Below, one piece after another: positions 56,223-64,000 of a stretch of 64,000 nucleotides of DNA (positions are counted from its first letter, which is position 1; each line of letters opens with the position of its first letter). This DNA is from Roseibacillus sp. (GTDB taxonomy: Bacteria > Verrucomicrobiota > Verrucomicrobiia > Verrucomicrobiales > Akkermansiaceae). The stretch lies in contig CBDEUM010000029.1 of NCBI GenBank assembly GCA_965242925.1, positions 384,001 to 448,000 on the forward strand, given 5' to 3'. The notes beneath the pieces were generated by a model. It had not been told where the DNA came from. It worked only from the letters and a program-made list of their open reading frames with translations, and did no database searches. A program made the position numbers and the translations under genes.

Positions 56223-57086
56223 ATGACAAATCTGGGTGACAGGGCGGAGTTGACGATTGTCCGCGAGAAACCGCCGGGTCTGATTCTCGATGGTGGGGAG
56301 GAATTGGGGGAGATCCTGCTGCCGAAACGGGAGATGCCGAAGAGGTGGGAGCTTGGTGGAACAGTCGAGGTGTTTCTCTACTGCGATTCCGAGGACCGTC
56401 CGGTGGCGACGATGAAGCATCCGAAGGCCATGCCTGGAGAGTTTGCCTACCTCGAGGCGACGGCCATAACGGAGGTAGGTGTGTTTCTCGACTGGGGGCT
56501 CCCCAAGGATCTGCTGCTGCCTTTCGGCGAGCAGAAGGAGCGCATCGAACTGGGGCGATCCTACGTAGTGCGGATCACGGTGGACGAGAAGAGCGGGCGG
56601 ATCATTGCAAGTCGAAAGATCGGGCGCTACCTGAGCCACGAGCAAGTGGACTACCGGGAAGGGGAAGAGGTCGAGTTGATGCTCTTCGGGAAAACGGACC
56701 TGGGTTACAAGGCGATCGTGAATGGAAGACACGAAGGGCTCCTCTTTGCAAACCAGGTGTTCCGGCGCCTGCGGGCGGGAGAACGAACGGTGGGCTACGT
56801 GAAGAGGGTGCGCGATGATGGGAAGATAGACCTCGTGCTCGCTGCCCCGGGTCGCGCAAACGTCGAGGCGCTGGAAGAACGAATCCTGGCCGAGTTGGAG
56901 CGCGGAGGAGGGCAGTGGGAGCTTTGTGACAAGAGTCCGGCGGAGGAGATCTACGCGGCGCTGGGAGTCAGCAAGAAAGCTTTCAAGCAGGCCACCGGAG
57001 CCTTGTACCGGAAGCGGCGTATCGTGATCGGTGAGGACGAGATCCGTCTGGTGGGTAGTAGGCGGGAGGAGTGGCGACCGGAGTAG
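56223..57086 (+). CDS. cvfB: CvfB-family S1-domain RNA-binding protein
   Basis: EILLPKRE, VFLYCDSEDRPVAT, FLDWGLPKDLLLPFGEQ, VRDDGKIDL, SKKAFKQATGALYR. Confidence 0.9.
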   Translation: MTNLGDRAELTIVREKPPGLILDGGEELGEILLPKREMPKRWELGGTVEVFLYCDSEDRPVATMKHPKAMPGEFAYLEATAITEVGVFLDWGLPKDLLLPFGEQKERIELGRSYVVRITVDEKSGRIIASRKIGRYLSHEQVDYREGEEVELMLFGKTDLGYKAIVNGRHEGLLFANQVFRRLRAGERTVGYVKRVRDDGKIDLVLAAPGRANVEALEERILAELERGGGQWELCDKSPAEEIYAALGVSKKAFKQATGALYRKRRIVIGEDEIRLVGSRREEWRPE

Positions 57087-57169
57087 GCTCCCTGTGCGGG
57101 GAGCGCAATCCGAGCGTAACTGGTTGTTCATGGGGGCACTTAGGATTCACGCTTTGCGTGCCCATTTTA

Positions 57170-57375
57170 AAGCCGTGCCCTTCTGGCTGCTTGGCCGGTC
57201 CGCTTCGGGATTGTTCCCGCTCGTCGCGCCAGGTGGGAGATTGCCGGCAGAAGATTTCCGGGCTGCTCCTGGATCGCATTGACCTGCACGGCGAAGTGCT
57301 CCTCATGGATTTCAAGTAGCTCCCCTGATGGAGGCGATCCATTACCGGAGTCTCGATCGAAAGTTGATGCGCTAG
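57170..57375 (+). pseudogene. comM: comM 3' relic with a nonsense codon and an internal deletion
   Basis: KPCPSG...RQKISGLLLDRIDLHGEV aligns to comM 52493-52640; 57325-57375 aligns to the last 51 nt of comM (52931-52981). Confidence 0.88.
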
Positions 57376-57491
57376 TGCGAATCCTGAGGGTCCCGAACAG
57401 GCTGATCCGGTGGTGTGCCTTCGTAATTCAGGAGGATGAAAAAGGGTGAGGATTTCTCCAATCTCGTCCCATCCGCGAAATACCATGTCCG

Positions 57492-60400
57492 TCAATTCTC
57501 CTGCACCCGGACCCGCATGTATTTTTTATCAAGGCCGCTGCCTATGGCGTTGACCTGAGTGTAGGTGTAATTGGACGAGGCGGTCCCGGCAATCCCATCG
57601 GGCCCATCGCTTGCTTCTATCACAAGTCCGGTGAGATCCACCCACGGATCCTCATCACCCAGGTCATCGCTACCCTCGATGGTGAGGGTGATATTCGGCG
57701 GGAGGGAATCCGCCCGCCGGAGATGCAGAACCAATTGATCGGAACCGCTGACAGACGCGGATGGCTGCAGTGCAGATGCATCATGGGTGTCCGGACGCGT
57801 CCCCGGTGAGGCGAGGGAATAGGCGTATTCGAAGAGGTTCGCGATTCCATCCCCGTCAGAATCGTCAGTCGGTGCGGAAAGAGTATCGACCCCGGGGAAG
57901 GTGGCAATCCAGTCGGCATAGGATGAGGGGCTTTCTCCGGTGCTCACGGTGAGAAGATCCGGAGCATTGTTGTAATCGATTGCGTAGCCCGTGTTTGAGT
58001 AGGGGACGATGACAAAGTAGTAAGTGGTGTCGGGGGTGGACAAGCCACTGAAGGTCCGGGCCTGTGTTCCCGCCGGGACGTAGACCCGTGTGAAGCCATC
58101 GCTCAGATCGCCGTCTGGAAGAAACTGCTCTCCATCCGAGGGGATCACGAAGTCATCATCGGTAGATCCCAGAATGAGATAGCCATAAGGCACGATCACT
58201 CCGGTGGCATCGGTCCAGTTGAGGCGCAGGCCGGTAGCACTGGTGACCTCCACCCTGAAATTGGTGGGCTGCCCGGTGGGCTGGTCCACGATCTTGAACC
58301 AGTTCCTGCTTTCCAGGGTCGGGACGTCGGTTGGGAAGCCGGCCGGAAAGATGGTCGTGTCGTCGTACCATTTGGGTCCCGTGTCGTTCAGATTGGCGAG
58401 ATTGCCAGCCTTGATATGGCCGGGATCGGGGTCTCCATTTGAAGCCTTGCCGTTTGGATCCGTGAAATCGACGCCTGCCCAGTTGGTGTCGACCGCCTCG
58501 GATTGACTGTTGAACAGGTTGGCATTGTTGCTGGTGGTGTTATGACCCCGCATTTCAAACACGCAGTCCGCAAAATTCCAGCCCGTCATTTTCAGAGCTT
58601 TCGCCGGTGAGGTCAGTTTCCCACCAAAGTGGGCGGTCCCCGAAAGGAAGAACTGCACGCCGGCGAAGTTCGCTCTCTTGCCCAGGGTCTCCCGGAAGGC
58701 CTCGCTTTTCTTGGCGGTGATGATGGCGTTACTGAAATCAGTTTCATTCAGATTGGCGCGGAAAAACAAGCGGTAGCCACCCTTGATCACGCAGTCGCTG
58801 AAGTCGGAATGCTGGCACTTCAGATTTGCGAAGGAGAATTCAGTCTGGTTTTCGCCCAGCAATTCCAGCCCGGAGAAACTCACTCCATTCGCATTGACGT
58901 GACGCATGAACCCATTCCTCGACCAGGTGATCTTGGTGAACGGCCTGCTGAAGGTCTGCCCCTCGATGCTGAAATCCCGGTCGGTCAGATCAGATGTCTT
59001 GTTGGCGATGGTGGTATGCCCGAATTTGACATCATCGAGGGTGGTGTCCTCCTGGACGTAATCGATCACCTCGTCCGGATTGATATTCCCGCCGCTGGCC
59101 GCGACATTGTAGACCCGGTTGTCCCTGAGGAGCTTGCCGGTAAAGACGGGAGGGTGCTCCATCGTTTCAGGGGGAGCCGGGAGCGTCTTGTAGTCAATGA
59201 GGGATCCGCCATTGGTGTAGGAATAAATCCGGAAGTAGTAGTCCACCCCGCCAGGCAGCCGGCTGAACCGGTAGGCTTGTGATCCGGTCGGCAGATAGAC
59301 AACGGCCGATCCGTTCCGGAGGTCCGTATCCCCGGGAGGGGAAACGCCGTCGACCGGGTCGGTAAAGATGTTGGTTGTATTGGCCATGATCAGGTAGCCG
59401 AAGGCCGGCACCGCGCCCGTTGCGTCGGTCCAGGACAGGTCGATGGTCTCGGCGAGTGAAGAAGCGGTGAACGAGGCGGCATGAGCAGAAGGCTCAACAG
59501 TCACCTGGAACCAGTTCTTGGTCGCCAGGGTGGCGGCATCAGTGGGGAATCCCACCGGGAAAACAGTCGTCGCGGCGTCATAGAATTTGGGACCGGTCCC
59601 GTCCAACAGGTCCAGCTCGGTGGCGAGGAAATCGGGGTCCGACATGTCGGTTCCGATCCAGTTGGAGTTGGCGGCGGTTGTTGTATCGCCAAACAGGGTT
59701 GTTCCGGGAGCCAGTGAAAAACTGGCGCCGGAGAAGTTCCACCCGGTCATCTTGGATCCCGCGAAGTGATCCGATCCCGAGAGATGGAATGCTGCTCCGG
59801 CAAAGGTGGCATTCTTGCCCGAGGCGCTGTTGAAGCTGTTCGCCCCGGCCGTGATGGTGGTGCCACTGAAATCGGCGTTGGTCAGGGAAGTGCTCCGGAA
59901 GGCCCCCGTGGCGGTTCCTCCATCCAGAACGAGACCCGAGAAGTTCGAGTTGTTGGCATTGACACTCCGCATGAAGGAGGATGCCGACCAGGCGAACCCG
60001 GTGAGGGGTTCGCTGAAACCGGTGGTGAAATCCCGGCCTCGCAGATTGGAAACGACTTCCTCATTGTCGCTGCCAAACTGGGCATCGGAAAGGACCCCGT
60101 CGGGGTCGATATGATCCATGGGAGCTCCAGCGGTGATCACGATCCCGTTTCCGAGGGTGTAATCGAGGCCATCGGCCAGCAGGATGCCGGAGGGGGTTGT
60201 CACCGAATCCACCGGCGCGGCGGGCACCGTCTTGAAATCAATATTCACCCCGGTGTTGGAGTAGGGATAAATTGCGAAGTGGTAGGGGGTCGTTCCGGTC
60301 AGTCCCCTGAATTGATGGGACTGAAGGCCCTGCCGGACATAAACCACCGCCTCGCCGTCGCTCAGGTCGGGATCCATCTCAGGGGCACTCAGATCGACCG

Positions 60401-61878
60401 GATCAGGGAAGCCCGGCGTTGTGCTGGCAAAGAGGACGTAGCCATAGGGCGGGTTCGCTCCCCCGGCATCGGTCCATGACAGGTTGACGATTTCATTGCT
60501 GGGAGCGAAGGCCGTAAAATTGTCCACGTGCGCGGTGGGCTCAGGCATGCCAAAAACGTCCAGAACCGTGATTTCCTGGCTCAGCGTCACGGTTCCACCA
60601 CGCAGGTCCAGGACGTCAACCGACACGGAGTCCGGGCCGGGCAGCTCCCAGGTGTGGGTGAGACTCAGGGCATTGTCCTCAAAGATCTCCGGGTGATTCC
60701 CGGTGGTCCAGACGCCGACACAGGAATCTCCATCCGCGTCCGTGGGAGTGACCGTGATTGTCACGGGAGTGCCAGCCGGAACTGCCAAGGGGGCGTCCCA
60801 GGTGGCGGTCGGAGCGACGTTGGCTCTGGTGTCCTCCCCGGATCACCGCGACATCCATGTATTTATTGGGAAGGGTGCCGCCCGTTCCAAGGTTGGTGAT
60901 GAAGAGATCCCCTCCTCCATCATGAAGCGTCTCATAGGGTGGGAGGTGCGCGTTGTCGAGTGCTCCGCCGGGCTTGTAATCGCACAGGAGAGAGGGATCG
61001 GTGTTTCGCTGGTAGTAAATCTGCAAGCCCTTCTGCAGCCCGTAGTTCTTGCCGGGACTGCTGAACTTGTTGAGGAGCTTGGAGCGGTATTGAAGCCAGA
61101 CCCACTGCTTGGACTGCCCCTTGCGGTCCACCCGGATGCAGCGCTTCCGGCCCGCGCCGACGTTCTGCTGGTCGATATTATAAAGGCGATCCATGTAGAC
61201 CCCGTCACGAGTATGATTAAATCGCGTGTTGTTGGTGATCCAGTTGGCCATGTGGGCCTCCCGCGCCTTGGGGGACACGCCGGCCCTCTTCATGAAAGAG
61301 TAGGTATCGCCCTTCTTGCCAACCCCGGGAATTCCGATCGGATTGCTGATGGTGTTTCTCCTGACCCAGTGATACGGATGATCAAATCCCAGGTTGTGAC
61401 CCATTTCATGCTCCGTGGCGCCCAGCGATTTCACCCAGAAGCGCCTGCCTCCCTTGGTGGCCAGGCCCCCCCAGCCGAAGTTGGTTCCGGTGAAGAAGAT
61501 CCCCACATGGCGGTAGGGCCCCGGGACGGTGGCGAAGCCACTCCTGTTTACCGCCTGTTCCGCGGCCGTGGCCAAGGATCCCGCCGTTTTATACCATCCG
61601 GCATTGTGGGGCATGGTGTAAACCCTGGGCGTGACGGTAACGATGAGGTTGTACTTTCCATACGAATACTTGTCAAAATTGCGCTTCACCGCCTGGAGCT
61701 TGTTGGTCACCGCATCAAACCCGTGAGTTGACCGGTGGTCGGGAAAGTTGATGCGGATCGCAAGCACTCTCTGATTCCCGGTCGTATTTGGCACGGCCAT
61801 GACAGATTGCGATGAGGCAAGCAGTCCTGAGGCAGCAAGAAGCAAGCGGAGAGCCAGCGTCTTGTTTGGTGGAATCAC
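57492..61878 (-). CDS. Large secreted multidomain metalloprotease-like protein (HExxHxxGxxH domain, PKD-like, three FN3-like repeats, pentapeptide-like repeats), split by a frameshift near 60838
   Basis: ORF 60679-61968 carries a signal peptide and HEMGHNLGFDH. ORF 57492-60788 continues with NVAPTATW..., three LSWTDA...YG Y...YSN.G..ID repeats and a DDSDGDGIANLFEY C-terminal domain. Confidence 0.72.
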
Positions 61879-62111
61879 GATGGTCGGGGGGTGCAGGAAA
61901 AACTGGCAGAACCAATATCGTCTCAAGAGGAACTGTGCCCATTTCCGGGGAGCTCCGTCAAGGCGCAAGGAAACACACAGGCCATTGGAGCGCGGCGGTC
62001 CCGCCCTCCAACCGGCTCACCGGTAGCGATTGCACGGCCAAGGCCCCGGCAAGGGAGGTCTCGTGTCCTCCGCCAGGTTCGGGCACTGCAGGATCCTATG
62101 ATGCGGGCGGA

Positions 62112-62606
62112 CTATTCGCCCGCATTCATCTGCTGGGCAAGATTCATCTGCTGGGCGAAGTATCGCTCCAGGCCGACCAGTTCAATAAGGTCGAACTGGG
62201 ACTCGGCCCAGTCGATACTTTCCTCCGACTCCACCACCATGCGTTCCATCAGGGCGCGGCTTCCCGCATCCTTCTTGTCGATGGCGAGGGCGACCGCTTC
62301 GTTGTAGGTAGCAACGCCCTTCTTCTCCAGTTCGTAACTGCTCTCAATGTGTTCGCGTGGCGTAGTGCCCACCTTGATCTCGTGGTAGCGGGCGATCGCG
62401 GGAACCCCGCCGAGGAACAGGATACGGTCGATGACCTCCTCGGCGTGTTTCATCTCCTCGATGGACTCCTCGTAGAAATGCTGGGCGAGGCGATCAAGTC
62501 CCCAGTCCTTGCACATCTTGGAGCTGATGAAGTAGAGATTGATGGCGGTCAGTTCGACCGTCAGTCCCGCATTGAGTGCCTCGATTACCTTTGGGTCGCC
62601 TTGCAT
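62112..62606 (-). CDS. bfr: Bacterioferritin
   Basis: MQGDPKVIEALN..LTVELTAINLY, ESIEEMKHAEEVIDRILFLGG.P. Confidence 0.93.
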   Translation of the reverse strand: MQGDPKVIEALNAGLTVELTAINLYFISSKMCKDWGLDRLAQHFYEESIEEMKHAEEVIDRILFLGGVPAIARYHEIKVGTTPREHIESSYELEKKGVATYNEAVALAIDKKDAGSRALMERMVVESEESIDWAESQFDLIELVGLERYFAQQMNLAQQMNAGE

Positions 62607-62808
62607 ATCTTGTCTGTTCTACGCCGCCAACATAGGACGTAAAATACCGAGTCCAAGGGATATTTCGTGTCTCTGGTTATTGTGATTGAGACCGTGTCTC
62701 ATCTGCCTGGCAGAAGCAGATGGGGAGTCCGCGCCAGGTAAGTTGGTGCAGGGATGAGAGGACCTGCGTGTCGGGGGCGTCCAACGGCTCCTTGTTCCCT
62801 GCAGGAGA

Positions 62809-63534
62809 TTACCAGGCGGCCTGTGCCTTCTTGAGCTCCTCGGCACTCAGGCCGAAGGCTTTCAACACGCCGGCGGCCATCATCTTGTTGCCATCGGGGT
62901 TCATGTGTACCCCATCGCTGGTGAGCAGCTTGCCGCCCTTCTTGTCTGCGCTGGCGGCGATCGCGGCCTGCATGTCGGCATTCAGGTCGGCCAGGAGGCA
63001 TTTCTTTTCCTTGGCCAGCTCCTTGAGAAAATCGTTGTAGGTGGCCAGCCTCTTGTTGTTGGCGTTGTCCTTGTCCTCGCCGATCATGGTGGAGGTCAGG
63101 ATCATGACCTTGACCCCGGCGCTCTGACAGCGGTCGACGATCTTGGTGATATTGACCTTGTAGTCCTCGAGGGACACGCCGCGTTTGCCGTGCCAGACGT
63201 CGTTGACGCCACAGCTGAGAGTCATCCAGTTGGGCTTCTTGCTGAGCACGTGGGGCTCGAGGCGGGCGAGCATCTGATTGGACTTGTGGCCACTGATGCC
63301 TGCGGGAATGGCAGAGGTTTTCACTCCAGAAGATTCCAGCCCGCGGATGACGAGCCGGACGTAGCCGTTGGGGCGGGCGCCAGCCTGGGTGATGGAGTCC
63401 CCCAGGAAGGCAATCTTCTCTCCTTCCTTTACGCCGATATCGGCCTGAAGAGGGATGGAGAGGCCAACGAGGGCGGTGGCGGCGAGGGCGAGGCGGGTTG
63501 TATTCCTGCTGATGGAGCGGTTGATGGTTTTCAT
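62809..63534 (-). CDS. SGNH/GDSL hydrolase, secreted
   Basis: Signal peptide, FLGDSITQ, AGISGH, CGVNDVW, DGVHMN. Confidence 0.92.
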   Translation of the reverse strand: MKTINRSISRNTTRLALAATALVGLSIPLQADIGVKEGEKIAFLGDSITQAGARPNGYVRLVIRGLESSGVKTSAIPAGISGHKSNQMLARLEPHVLSKKPNWMTLSCGVNDVWHGKRGVSLEDYKVNITKIVDRCQSAGVKVMILTSTMIGEDKDNANNKRLATYNDFLKELAKEKKCLLADLNADMQAAIAASADKKGGKLLTSDGVHMNPDGNKMMAAGVLKAFGLSAEELKKAQAAW

Positions 63535-63666
63535 GTCTTTCGGGGTGCTGGCTGGGTTTGAGATCCGCAGGCTCACGGGTTGTTTCGAGGGATCTGCCGG
63601 TATCGGGGAGGATGAGTCAACGGGAATCGGAGGAGTGGGCTGCCTCCCTCCCGACGACGAGGTGTC

Positions 63667-64000
63667 TCACACGCCCACGGAATCCTGGGAGGAATTGAGT
63701 TTCACGGAGGGATTCTCCGCGACGTTGACCCAGACATGCACATGGGGGCGGCCACGGAAGTACCAGACAAAGGAGGGGCCTTCCAACCGCCAGTTGTCGT
63801 AAATCTTGTCGTCACCAAGGTCTCCTTCCTTGTAGAAGGCGAGGTTGCAGCCATCGAGGCCACCCTGGGACTTGAGGCACCTGCTCACCTCATCGCGGTC
63901 TGATTGCCGGAAGGGTTCAAGGAGGATCTTGAGGATCCGCTGGACCTCGCTTCGCTGGTCATCGGTGAAGTCGCTGACCGGGCAGCCCTGGAACTGCCCG
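63667..64000 (-). CDS. DUF3500-family protein, C-terminus (starts beyond the window)
   Basis: Frame open to the window edge; WRLEGPSFVWYFRG.PHVHVWVNV. Confidence 0.7.
   Translation of the reverse strand, partial: GQFQGCPVSDFTDDQRSEVQRILKILLEPFRQSDRDEVSRCLKSQGGLDGCNLAFYKEGDLGDDKIYDNWRLEGPSFVWYFRGRPHVHVWVNVAENPSVKLNSSQDSVGV

Noticed and set aside
62124..62156. 18-nt duplication at the bfr 3' end (AQQMN twice)
   Set aside because: Real, but it only extends the C-terminus by six residues with no evident consequence.

Overview
GC-rich bacterial chromosomal segment, most likely Verrucomicrobiota. This is an inference from the Verru_Chthon-type prepilin cassette, the DUF1501/DUF1549 and DUF1552/DUF1592 modules, and a verrucomicrobial-style C-terminal domain on a large secreted protein. 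Bases 1 to ~38 kb are mostly housekeeping: sufE(partial)-sufS, rpoD-dnaG, nadA, lpxB, tRNA-Ala(GGC), rsfS, cinA, folA-thyA, panB-folK-dapB-dapA-dapF-trpA, queD, a class I DAHP synthase, tlyA and nuoBC. Bases ~38-64 kb are accessory: three prepilins, a GntP permease, two divergent PVC-type DUF modules, comM, a truncated PolX, cvfB, a frameshifted ~1460-aa secreted metalloprotease, bfr and an SGNH hydrolase. The most notable structures not shown in the ORF track are: (1) a diverged direct duplication of the comM 3' end, spacer and C-terminus of the convergent gene, with reciprocal decay, flanking ~3.9 kb that carries a catalytically altered mini-PolX; (2) a LexA-type box at the comM promoter; (3) a perfect Rex/CRP-type palindrome before an isolated nuoBC; (4) a histone-H1-like 24-nt tandem-repeat extension on the primary sigma factor; (5) two frameshifts in simple repeats; (6) a bactofilin with two Zn-ribbon-like motifs beside a plain bactofilin; (7) an NfeD with a duplicated, apparently inactive protease domain; (8) an unlisted 56-aa ORF with its own terminator. 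No CRISPR array, rRNA, integrase or transposase was seen. All family assignments come from motif recognition by eye, not from database searches.
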